From NCBI GenBank assembly GCA_049971805.1, contig JBMFKU010000003.1, forward strand, positions 1 through 64,000: a stretch of 64,000 nt of DNA. Reading direction: 5' to 3'. Under the pieces are notes generated by a model, which saw only the letters and a list, made by a program, of their open reading frames with translations, did not search any database and was not told where the DNA came from. This document shows positions 32,671 through 42,198 of this stretch, one piece after another (the stretch's first letter is position 1; each line of letters opens with the position of its first letter). The stretch is from Caldisphaera sp. (GTDB taxonomy: Archaea; Thermoproteota; Thermoprotei_A; Sulfolobales; Acidilobaceae). The position numbers were made by a program, and so were the translations under genes.

Positions 32671-34285
32671 CTAATTCACCCAAATCTATTTCTGAGAAAA
32701 CTACTGGATAATCTAAATTAAACTTTTGCAATATATATGGATTAACTTCTCCCATACAGCCTATTAATGTGTTGTTTACTTCGATTCCAGCACTTCTCCC
32801 ATTTGTCATCAAGTTGCAATCAAATTTTTTAACTTTAAAGTTTACATTTAGGTTTTTTAATAAAGAATAAACAATAGCTTGAATATCCTCATATGATAGG
32901 CTTTCATCCATAATTGATATTGCAAGCTTTTCTCTTTCTTTAATTTTATTTGCTTTTTCAACTGTTTTTCCTATCTCAAAAAGCTTTACTGGTTTATCCG
33001 ACCTCTCATTATAAGCCATGGCATTAATCATCGATATAAATAATGATGGTCTAAGCGAATCATAATCTTCTTGTACTGGGTTCGATATTATTATGTTGTT
33101 GAAAATATCTAAATTACGTAATTTATTTGAACTTACTAAAGTTAATGACAGTAATTCTGTAAAACCCAAACCAATCATTATATCCCTAATTTTTCTTTTT
33201 AGTTTTGTTGCGTTGCTAATTTCACCTTTTATTAATAATTTTGGCTTATTAGGTATTATATCGTTATAGCCGATGGCCATAGCTATCTCTTCAGTCAAAT
33301 CTACTTTTTGTATAATGTCTATTCTATATGGAGGAATAATTACAATCATTTCTTTGTCATTAATAATTTTAGAATCAAATCTCATTCTTTGCAAATGATA
33401 ATTAATTTCTTCTATTGATAGAGATGTACCTAGTATTTTGTTTACATATTCTTTTTCTAGTGATATATTCTCTTTTTTTAATAAAGGAGTTTCCTTTTCA
33501 TAATTGGCATTTTTTATTTTAATTTTCTTTACCTTTGATCCTTTTATTTCAGAAAGATTTGAAATGATAATGTCAAGTGTTTTATCGACATAGAATTCAT
33601 CGGTTCCAGTAATGTCTATTAATATATTTTTCGTATCAGGCTCTAATCTTGTTATATCTGAATTTATTACTGGGGGTAGCGATATAATTTCATCTCCGGA
33701 TAGAAATGCAGGATGAAGCTCATCTTTTAGGCTAATATTTCCATATTTTATACCCTGCTCTGTTGTTTTTAATAGATCCTTTACCTTTAGTCTTTTATTA
33801 TAACCTAAAGGAACCATCTCAGCATTATTAATGTTTATATATTTATATTTTAATTCTTTTGAAGGCACTTTATTTAGATCATGAATTCCAATGGCTATTT
33901 TTCTCCTTTTTCTTCCTATACCATCATGGAGCTTTTCTTGAAACTGTATTAACTCGCTTATATAACTACTTAAATCTAAATTTGAGACAATAGCACCTGC
34001 TATATATGGTCTAATATTAGGCTGTTCATTTATTAATACAAATTCATTATTTTCAGTATTTATTTCTTTATAACCCAATTCAAGATTCATAATACCTCTA
34101 ACTGCTCTTCCTATACCTTCACCTATGTACATATCTGGCCTATCTGGATTTATTTCAACTTCTAATATATTATCATTAGATATTGAGGTTTCACATTTAA
34201 GTGAAAAGAGAGCTTCTTGCAGGGTATTTATATCAACTCCTGTTATTTCAATTAATCTATTTGCATCGAATTTCAAAACTGGCAA
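32654..34285 (-). CDS. pheT: Phenylalanyl-tRNA synthetase beta subunit
   Basis: EINPDRPD, QEKLH.GIGRKR, PPYRIDI...DLTEEIA. Confidence 0.95.
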   Translation of the reverse strand: MPVLKFDANRLIEITGVDINTLQEALFSLKCETSISNDNILEVEINPDRPDMYIGEGIGRAVRGIMNLELGYKEINTENNEFVLINEQPNIRPYIAGAIVSNLDLSSYISELIQFQEKLHDGIGRKRRKIAIGIHDLNKVPSKELKYKYININNAEMVPLGYNKRLKVKDLLKTTEQGIKYGNISLKDELHPAFLSGDEIISLPPVINSDITRLEPDTKNILIDITGTDEFYVDKTLDIIISNLSEIKGSKVKKIKIKNANYEKETPLLKKENISLEKEYVNKILGTSLSIEEINYHLQRMRFDSKIINDKEMIVIIPPYRIDIIQKVDLTEEIAMAIGYNDIIPNKPKLLIKGEISNATKLKRKIRDIMIGLGFTELLSLTLVSSNKLRNLDIFNNIIISNPVQEDYDSLRPSLFISMINAMAYNERSDKPVKLFEIGKTVEKANKIKEREKLAISIMDESLSYEDIQAIVYSLLKNLNVNFKVKKFDCNLMTNGRSAGIEVNNTLIGCMGEVNPYILQKFNLDYPVVFSEIDLGELVGNTR

Positions 34286-34290
34286 ATTTA

Positions 34291-35727
34291 TTACCTCCTT
34301 GTTCTGAATTCTCTTAGAAAATTATAATCCTGGGAATAAAGTAGTCTTATATCGCTAATATTTAATCTTGCCATTGCTAATCTTTCTACCCCCATTCCCC
34401 ATGCTCCAACAGGATAATCAACCCCTACCATACTTAACACTTCCGGTCTAAATAAACCAGCACCAAATAATTCTATCCACTTTCCACTTATGTTTGCATA
34501 TCCTTCAACACTTGGTTCGGTAAATGGGAAATAACCTGGTTTAAATTTTATATCAAGCCCTAATCTACTAGCAAACTCTTTTAAAAATCCTAATAAATCT
34601 TTAAATGTATAATTCGAATCACCCATTATACCATCCAATTGATAAAATTCTGGTAGGTGAGAAGAGTCTACAACATCACTTCTGTAAACTTTCCCAATAG
34701 TAAAATATCTTATTGGGGGCTGTGGATTTGTTAACAAAGTTCTTATGGAAACAGATGTAGTTTGGCTTCTTAATATTAATCTGGCTGATATTTCTGGGTT
34801 AAACTTGTACTTCCATCCTTTTTCGTGTACATATGAAACCTTTTTAACTAAATCCATTAATTCATCTATATTGCCTTTTTGCGGCTCTTTTATCCATAAG
34901 GTATCGTGTATTTCTCTTGCTGGATGATCTTGCGGCTGAAATAGTAAGTCAAAGTTGAAAAGTTCCATTTCTATTATTGGACCCTCTGTTTCTTTAAATC
35001 CTAACTCCTTCATTATATCTTTAAGTTCCTCTATAAATTCAGAAAAGTAATGTTTCTTCGCTGGATAAATCTTTGGAGGATCAGCTGTTATATCATATTC
35101 TCTTAACTTTATTTCTTTATATAATCCCTTTGAAAGTATCTCATGATTTAATCTCGATACTAAAATTTCAACCTTATTAATAGAGTTTTTATCTACTTTT
35201 ACAATTACTTCTTTTTCTATTACTTCTTTTATTAGTCCCCTGGATATTAATTCTTTTTTTAAATTTTCATCAAACTTTAAATACATTAATGACTTCTTAG
35301 TTTCCTCAATTGTTCTTTTTGCCTCTTCTAAAGGAACTTTTAGCTCTACAATATTATTATTTATAGAGATTAGCCCTTTTTTCCTTGCCTGACCAAGAGC
35401 TATGTCTGCATCTTTTAATAAATTTTTTATATCAGATACATTCAAATTTTTGTTATTAGATAATAAAGTAATCAGTTTTTCTTCAGGAAGGCCTTTTTCT
35501 AAATTTTCTTTTCCTTTATCAGTTAATATATATTTGGTTATTTTATTTTCGTATGTTTTTACTAAAGATTTTGACTCTAAGAGCTTTATAAGGCTTGCTA
35601 ATTTGCTTTTATCTATATGCAAAACATTTTCTACATTATTTAGAGAAAATTCGTATAACTTTAACTCGTTTATCTTTTTTAAGAGCACATATTCACTTTC
35701 GCTAACTGGTATTTTGTCTTCTTGCAT
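34291..35727 (-). CDS. pheS: Phenylalanyl-tRNA synthetase alpha subunit
   Basis: FQPQDHPARE, HLPEFYQLDG, YFPFTEPS, WGMGVERLAM. Confidence 0.95.
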   Translation of the reverse strand: MQEDKIPVSESEYVLLKKINELKLYEFSLNNVENVLHIDKSKLASLIKLLESKSLVKTYENKITKYILTDKGKENLEKGLPEEKLITLLSNNKNLNVSDIKNLLKDADIALGQARKKGLISINNNIVELKVPLEEAKRTIEETKKSLMYLKFDENLKKELISRGLIKEVIEKEVIVKVDKNSINKVEILVSRLNHEILSKGLYKEIKLREYDITADPPKIYPAKKHYFSEFIEELKDIMKELGFKETEGPIIEMELFNFDLLFQPQDHPAREIHDTLWIKEPQKGNIDELMDLVKKVSYVHEKGWKYKFNPEISARLILRSQTTSVSIRTLLTNPQPPIRYFTIGKVYRSDVVDSSHLPEFYQLDGIMGDSNYTFKDLLGFLKEFASRLGLDIKFKPGYFPFTEPSVEGYANISGKWIELFGAGLFRPEVLSMVGVDYPVGAWGMGVERLAMARLNISDIRLLYSQDYNFLREFRTRR

Positions 35728-35819
35728 CTTTTACACCTATATACCATCAAATATATGATATTGAATTACAATTTAATAGTTTATTTTTTATAAATAAAAT
35801 TATCATCTATTATATTAAC

Positions 35820-36032
35820 AATAAGAAAATTTGCAATTTGGAAAAAATATACATAGTTAAATTTAATAGACTTTTATTATAAAATTTTTTTAAAGATGTT
35901 ACTAATATAAAAAGATTTAAATATCTCATGCATTAATTCATGGTATTTCTTGTGACATAAGTTAATAGATTTGTTTAGATATAAGCCCTTTTGAAAATTA
36001 GTGAAGTTCTATATTGATAGTACAATTTCTCA
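35820..36032. repeat. ~210-bp direct repeat, copy 1
   Basis: Core 35853-35967 is nearly identical to 39718-39832; flanks are more diverged. Confidence 0.9.
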
Positions 36033-37058
36033 TTGATTTAAGTTTATTTTTCTTTTAGATATATAGATTATTGAATCATCATCTATTATTTCTTCTTTTG
36101 GAGGATTTATTCTTAATCCCTTTGGGCCTCTAATTGCTAGTGGAAGTGCTCCTTTATTCGTAATAAAATCAGATATTTCTTTATATTTTTTGCCGTGCAT
36201 CCATTGAGGTAATTTTTCTTCAAAAATTTCATCTCCAGATTTTGATGTTAATATTAAATCAATTACTTCTGCTGTGCCAGGATTTTCTAGCGTTCTTGAT
36301 ATTAACTTAGCAGAAACATAGCCTCTTATTATAAATTCATATATACCCACCAATTTCGCATAATTTTCACTTTCCTTGCTTAAAAGTTCCAATACTATAT
36401 GGCTATTTGCATTAAGTTTTTTAATCATAATTCCTGCTAGTATTGATTTTGCATCTATGCCTGCCGGTGAACTTTTATCATCTTTGTCTGCTAATATTAT
36501 GACTCCGTAAGCATTTTTTATTCCAGCTCTAATTAGGTCAGACTCTTTGAGACAAGTACCTCTTACAAATTCTATTTCATTTAAAGGTGGTGAGTCTTTG
36601 TCTGCTAATATAACTAGTTCATCTCTGCTTTGGTTTTTTAATTCCTTTACTAATTCTTCCCCAATTTCGTTCCAATTGCATATTATTATATGATCTTCTT
36701 TTTTCACTTTAATTTCGCCAAGCCTTTTGGCTAAACTGGATTCTATCATTATATTTGTAAAGCTAGCAATAAATAAGCTTAATGTACCAATACCCGTTAG
36801 CATTAAAAATACAGCGTTTATTCTACCCCAGAATGTTACAACGGGTGTATCTCCATAACCAACAGTCGTAATTGTTTGCATGACGAACCAAAAACTATCA
36901 AAAATGGATTTTATACCAGAACTTGGAGCCTTTCTCTCGAGAAAGTATTCCGAAAATGTTCCATATATTATAATTGCTATTAAAATAATAGTAATCTTTA
37001 TTGTATTATTTCTTAAGAACTTTCTAAATTTAACTAAAAACGCATATATTGGTATCGT
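36030..37058 (-). CDS. Potassium channel with RCK (TrkA-N) domain, MthK-like; start uncertain
   Basis: TITTVGYGD selectivity filter and HIIICNW RCK domain. The frame stays open upstream of the tracked ATG (36881) through TM1 and the pore helix to TGA 37065-37067; ACG at 37058 is the proposed start. Confidence 0.85.
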   Translation of the reverse strand, partial: TIPIYAFLVKFRKFLRNNTIKITIILIAIIIYGTFSEYFLERKAPSSGIKSIFDSFWFVMQTITTVGYGDTPVVTFWGRINAVFLMLTGIGTLSLFIASFTNIMIESSLAKRLGEIKVKKEDHIIICNWNEIGEELVKELKNQSRDELVILADKDSPPLNEIEFVRGTCLKESDLIRAGIKNAYGVIILADKDDKSSPAGIDAKSILAGIMIKKLNANSHIVLELLSKESENYAKLVGIYEFIIRGYVSAKLISRTLENPGTAEVIDLILTSKSGDEIFEEKLPQWMHGKKYKEISDFITNKGALPLAIRGPKGLRINPPKEEIIDDDSIIYISKRKINLNQ

Positions 37059-37064
37059 ATTTGG

Positions 37065-39599
37065 TCACTCCTTTTTCTTTAGAATATAAAATAAAAATGG
37101 TGATATTGAATAAAAAGCTAATAATTGAATAGGCATAGAGGGAAGAATTATGCAGATTGCTAATGGTATTAATAAGCCAAATTCTTTAATATTGCTGTAA
37201 CCTTTTTTATAATAAAGTGCTAATAGTATAGTAATTAAAATATCAGTTAAAATTAAATAAATTGGATTAATGTTTAGAATATATCCTAAGCTATAATTCC
37301 CTTTTATCTTGTATAGTAATTGCATAAATCCATATTTGAAAAAGTTTTGAGATGTTATTGAAAAAATAGAAATTATGAAAGCCAAAGAGGTTAGCAAAGC
37401 AGAAATAAATTTATTAAAGCTGTTATTGAATTCATAGTATATATATATTAAGTAAAAAGGCATTGAAATAATAAACTGTGGATATATTAATATAGATAAT
37501 GAATAAATAATACCTGACAGGATAGAGTTATAATATAACAAGACAATTGATATTATCAATATAGATAATGAAATAGTAATAATAATGCTATTCATAAAAA
37601 ATATTATTGATATATAAAAAGTCATTAAAATACCAATAATTAATAAAGGATCTTTATTATTTTTGACAGAAATGATTCCTACAAGTGTTATTGCTATTGC
37701 AAATAAAATTGAAGAATATATGTGCGAAGGTATATTTAACATTATTGCAGGCAAATAAGATATTGCTAATCCTGGTAAATAATCATAGACCGTTACATTA
37801 TTCCATGAATTTCTTGTTGTATTATAAAATAGCGAGAATTTTTTTTGTGGATCTAATGAGTTTAAATTTAAAGGATTTTGAGTATATGGAATAGACTCAA
37901 CTAAATAACCAAATGTCTTGTCATTAAGAATGGATCTATAATAATTAAGGTTATAAGGATTGTGCAATTTAGTTATTGACATAGCTGCTAATTCCATAGC
38001 TATTTCTTGTGAACTTTGATATCCTCTTGATACTATAAAGAGAGATATTTGTGGGAAAAACCTTGATGCTAAAATACCAGTCAAAATTAAGAGAGATAGA
38101 AATATAAAAGTCATTATTTTTGGATTATATCTTGAATTTATTTTGTCTGAACCTATAAAGAAAGTTATTAAGGATATGCCTAGAACAGCTAACAAACCAA
38201 GTATTAATAATAATAATGATAATTGTAATACATAAGATACCATCATTATTATTACAGATGAAAGGAGGAGAATAAATGTATAAATTGTCCAATTATTACT
38301 TATTGTATTTTTTTCGAAATAATTTTCTTTTTTGTTTAAGGATGTTGCATAAGCTATTATTGAAATTAAGGGAAACCACATATAGTAAATTGGTAGAGGC
38401 CTATAATAAAATAAGAATGCTATACTTGGAATGATGAGTCCAGAATATTTTAATTTATTATAAAATTTAAAATAAACTAATAAGCCTAGTAGTATTATTG
38501 ATATAAATAATAAAGTATAAAATAACTTAGGAAGATCTATATTGAATTCATATAGTGATGACAATCCTGCTCCGATTGGCATTAAATTTGAATCAATAGG
38601 CAGCAAAACACTTTTAATGAATTGATGGGGGCTTAGTAAAAGGAATGGTAAATTAATGGCTAATCCAGAAATTAAAAAGCCAGTAATCATCTTTTTAATG
38701 TTATATTTTTCATGATATGCTGCAACGATAAAAAATAAAAACAACACACCTGCAGTCTCACGATACGATGTAGCTAAACCAAATAATGCTCCAGATATTA
38801 ATGGATAATCAACATATGCTATTGCTATAAGTGATGGAGCTAACCATCCTACAACAGGACTAAAGGCTATTGGTTCTCCTACAAATAAAAAAGAAGCACT
38901 AGCTATTATTAAGGGAAATAAAGTTTTATATGGTTCTTTGCTTTTTCTATATACCAAAAATAATGATATTGCTAGTATTATAGCATCGTAAATCTGTCTA
39001 GGGATATTAAGTATAACTTTAGGTAAATAATATAACATAGCAAATGATAGATAATCATAGGTAGATACAAATCCAATTATATGGCTTGCTATAAATGGAG
39101 GAGAGTTTTTGAATAGATACGTATAATCAGGAAATGAACCCTTGCTTATCAGATAACTTGTAAAATTAGCTAAATAGGGATTTTTACCTTTTAGCAATAA
39201 TTCAGCAGCTTGCTCTTGTATTATATAAGAATCAGAATACCCCCCTATTAACGAATAAAATACCTTTAATGATGAAGAATAAAAAATCCCAGTTATTATA
39301 ATTAGAGATGCCAATGAACCAATAACTAAGAAAGATGAAATTTTTAAATTCATCTTTGTTGGGTTAATGCTTAAGAAAAGAGTTAAAATAGAAATAAAAA
39401 TTAAAACAAAGAAAATAGATAATAACCAAAATTCTGGTGATTGTATGTAAATAGGCCATCCACTATACATTCCTATATAATTGTAAGGGGTTATGGATAA
39501 GTAATAGTAAACGGCAAATCCCATTAAGTTTAAAGATACCAATAACATTAATGCTCTATTAATTTCTTTGTTATTATTTTTATTGTTTATATTAACCAC
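37065..39599 (-). CDS. Large polytopic membrane protein with two tandem GT-C (GT87/DUF2029-like) modules
   Basis: Repeated motif: AAELLLKGKNPY...YDYLSFAMLYYLP and AAMSITKLHNPY...YDYLPGLAISYLP, each followed by a multi-TM bundle. Confidence 0.65.
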   Translation of the reverse strand: MVNINNKNNNKEINRALMLLVSLNLMGFAVYYYLSITPYNYIGMYSGWPIYIQSPEFWLLSIFFVLIFISILTLFLSINPTKMNLKISSFLVIGSLASLIIITGIFYSSSLKVFYSLIGGYSDSYIIQEQAAELLLKGKNPYLANFTSYLISKGSFPDYTYLFKNSPPFIASHIIGFVSTYDYLSFAMLYYLPKVILNIPRQIYDAIILAISLFLVYRKSKEPYKTLFPLIIASASFLFVGEPIAFSPVVGWLAPSLIAIAYVDYPLISGALFGLATSYRETAGVLFLFFIVAAYHEKYNIKKMITGFLISGLAINLPFLLLSPHQFIKSVLLPIDSNLMPIGAGLSSLYEFNIDLPKLFYTLLFISIILLGLLVYFKFYNKLKYSGLIIPSIAFLFYYRPLPIYYMWFPLISIIAYATSLNKKENYFEKNTISNNWTIYTFILLLSSVIIMMVSYVLQLSLLLLILGLLAVLGISLITFFIGSDKINSRYNPKIMTFIFLSLLILTGILASRFFPQISLFIVSRGYQSSQEIAMELAAMSITKLHNPYNLNYYRSILNDKTFGYLVESIPYTQNPLNLNSLDPQKKFSLFYNTTRNSWNNVTVYDYLPGLAISYLPAIMLNIPSHIYSSILFAIAITLVGIISVKNNKDPLLIIGILMTFYISIIFFMNSIIITISLSILIISIVLLYYNSILSGIIYSLSILIYPQFIISMPFYLIYIYYEFNNSFNKFISALLTSLAFIISIFSITSQNFFKYGFMQLLYKIKGNYSLGYILNINPIYLILTDILITILLALYYKKGYSNIKEFGLLIPLAICIILPSMPIQLLAFYSISPFLFYILKKKE

Positions 39600-39687
39600 C
39601 AGGATTTATTTGTATTAATAGCAATAAATTTTTTTCTATTTTATGTTTTTCTAGTATTTATGTTAATATAATTACTTTTATATTAGG

Positions 39688-39897
39688 AATAAGAAAATTT
39701 ATATTTTGGAAAAATATATAGTTAAATTTAATAGACTTTTATTATAAAATTTTTTAAAAGATGTTACTAATATAAAGAGATTTAAATATCTCATGCATTA
39801 ATTCATGGTATTTCTTGTCACATAAGTTAATAAATAATCTTTAAATATAAATACTTTAGAAAATTGTCAAGTTCTTTATTAATAGTAAAATTCCTCA
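39688..39897. repeat. ~210-bp direct repeat, copy 2
   Basis: Same orientation and sequence as 35820-36032. Confidence 0.9.
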
Positions 39898-39969
39898 CGC
39901 AAACAAAACGGTAAATTTTTATTATTTTTTATTTCATATGTTTCTAAGTGATTGAAATGGTGATTTCAA

Positions 39970-40623
39970 ACGATCCCAAATATAACTGTTGTAACAACCA
40001 CATATAATGAAGAAAATACGATTGGAACGTTAATTAGAAAAATTAAAGAGATAGATGATAAGATATTTGTAATAGTTGTAGATGATTCATCTATTGATAG
40101 AACAGCACAAATATCTAAAGAATTAGCTGATTTAACTATAGTGAAAAAAAGAGAAGGCCAAACAATAGGTCTTTATACTGGAATTAAACTTGCTAAAACA
40201 AATATAGTGTTGACAATAGATGCTGACTTAGAAAACCCACCAGAATTGATTCCTTATATGATTAATGAATTTTTAAATAAAAGGTGCGATGTTTTAGTTG
40301 CATCTAGAAACAAGCTACCTAGAATTTCTGAAAAATTTACTTCATTAATTTTTAAACGTATATTTGGGATTACTGATATCTATTCAAACTTTAGAGTTTT
40401 CAATAAAAAATGTTTCACTGATGACAAAATAAGATTAGGTGAAACATTTGGTTTAGAATTGTTAATAAAAACAAAGAAAAATAATTGTCGGTTTTGCGAA
40501 ATAATATATCAATCAAAATATAGAAGAAAAAATCCAAGAATTGGTGGAATTATAAGATCTAACTTAAGAGCAACAGTCTCTACAACAAAATCTTTGTTTG
40601 GTTATTATTTTGTTTATAGATAA
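39970..40623 (+). CDS. GT2 glycosyltransferase (dolichol-phosphate-sugar synthase-like); start uncertain
   Basis: Frame upstream of the tracked GTG (40141) encodes VVTTTYNEE...VVDDSSIDRT, then IDADLENPP and DVLVASR; proposed ACG start at 39970, or ATG 39957 with a +1 frameshift. Confidence 0.82.
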   Translation, partial: TIPNITVVTTTYNEENTIGTLIRKIKEIDDKIFVIVVDDSSIDRTAQISKELADLTIVKKREGQTIGLYTGIKLAKTNIVLTIDADLENPPELIPYMINEFLNKRCDVLVASRNKLPRISEKFTSLIFKRIFGITDIYSNFRVFNKKCFTDDKIRLGETFGLELLIKTKKNNCRFCEIIYQSKYRRKNPRIGGIIRSNLRATVSTTKSLFGYYFVYR

Positions 40624-40725
40624 TGTGAATTGCATAAATATTAATTTTTAAATAAATTTATATAAGGGGTAAAAATATTGAAATGCAAAAATATGTTTAG
40701 AATTGGTTAGTAGGAGGTCTGTAGA

Positions 40726-42198
40726 TTGAATAGAGGAAGTGGTGTATTGTTGCCAATTTTTTCATTACCAGGAAACTGTGGAATAGGGGATTTTGGTAAA
40801 TATGCATATCAATTTATAGATTTCTTGTATGATACAGGTCAAATGTATTGGCAAGTGTTACCAATGAATCCAATCGATCCTATTTATGATAATTCTCCGT
40901 ATAGCCCTTTATCATCATTCGCAGGAAATCCTCTTTTCATAAGCATAGAAGGTTTAATATCAGATGGGTATTTGAGCAAAAATGAATCTTGTTATACTAA
41001 TGAAGGAAATTATATCGATTATAATAATGTAAAACAATTAAAATACAATTTTTTTAGAAAAGCTTTTTCCAATTTTAGGCCTAAAAACGATTATTATAGA
41101 TTTTTAGAAGAAAATAAATATTGGATTGAGGATTTTTCATTGTTTATTTCTATAAGAGATTACTTCAATAAACCATTAATGTTATGGCCAAGAGAAGTAA
41201 AAATTAGAGAAAAAGAAAGTATAAGAGAATTAGAAAACAAACTGAAAAATGAAATAGAATTTAATAAGTTCCTTCAATATCAATTTTTTAGGCAATGGTT
41301 CAACTTAAAAAGATACGCTAATAAGAGAAAAATATCAATAATAGGAGATTTACCAATATATGTAAACCATGATAGTGGTGATGTATGGTCGCATCCTAAT
41401 ATATTTAAATTAGATGATAATTTAAATCCAAGATTTGTTTCAGGAGTTCCACCAGATTATTTTAGTAAATACGGTCAGCTATGGAATACACCGGTCTTTG
41501 ATTGGAATCAATTAAGAAAAGATAATTTTTTATGGTGGATTAAAAGATACAATCATTTAATGAAAATCTTTGATTACATCAGACTTGATCATTTTAGAGG
41601 ATATTCAGCATATTGGGAAGTCCCATATGGAGAAAAGACTGCAGTAAATGGAAAGTGGATTAAAGCATATGGTTTTGAACTTTTCTTCCAACTTAAAAGG
41701 CTTAGAAGCGATTTAAGAATAATTGCAGAAGACTTGGGTTATATAACCCAAGATGTTAAAAACCTAAGAAATTACTATTCATTTCCAGGCATGAAAGTAT
41801 TACAATTTGCATTTGATGGCAATCCTAAAAATGAATATAAACCGCATAACTATGATAGTACAAACTACTTTGTATATACTGCTACTCATGATAATAATAC
41901 ATCGATAGGATGGTATCAGAATGAGGCAACCAAAAAAACCAAAATTGATTTTATTAAATACACGAGAATAAATAACATAAAAGAGGTAAATTGGGCATTT
42001 ATTAGACTTGCTTTAGGCTCTATAGCAAAGACTTCTATAATACCAATTCAAGATATATTAGGTCTAGGCTCGAGTGCTAGAATTAATACACCGGGCACAA
42101 CAGGTAATAATTGGAGATGGAAATTAACAAATCTTTATATTCCAAGATATGTAAAATCAAGATTATATGATTTAACAAAAATCTATGGCAGAATTTAG
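40726..42198 (+). CDS. malQ: 4-alpha-glucanotransferase (amylomaltase, GH77)
   Basis: SPYSPLSSFAGNP, GVPPDYFS, RLDHFRG, AEDLG, THDNNT. Confidence 0.93.
   Translation: MNRGSGVLLPIFSLPGNCGIGDFGKYAYQFIDFLYDTGQMYWQVLPMNPIDPIYDNSPYSPLSSFAGNPLFISIEGLISDGYLSKNESCYTNEGNYIDYNNVKQLKYNFFRKAFSNFRPKNDYYRFLEENKYWIEDFSLFISIRDYFNKPLMLWPREVKIREKESIRELENKLKNEIEFNKFLQYQFFRQWFNLKRYANKRKISIIGDLPIYVNHDSGDVWSHPNIFKLDDNLNPRFVSGVPPDYFSKYGQLWNTPVFDWNQLRKDNFLWWIKRYNHLMKIFDYIRLDHFRGYSAYWEVPYGEKTAVNGKWIKAYGFELFFQLKRLRSDLRIIAEDLGYITQDVKNLRNYYSFPGMKVLQFAFDGNPKNEYKPHNYDSTNYFVYTATHDNNTSIGWYQNEATKKTKIDFIKYTRINNIKEVNWAFIRLALGSIAKTSIIPIQDILGLGSSARINTPGTTGNNWRWKLTNLYIPRYVKSRLYDLTKIYGRI

Noticed and set aside
35810-35935. About 40-codon minus-strand ORF (MHEIFKSFILVTSLKK...) inside repeat copy 1
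   Set aside because: The frame is broken in copy 2 despite high nucleotide identity, so it is unlikely to be coding.
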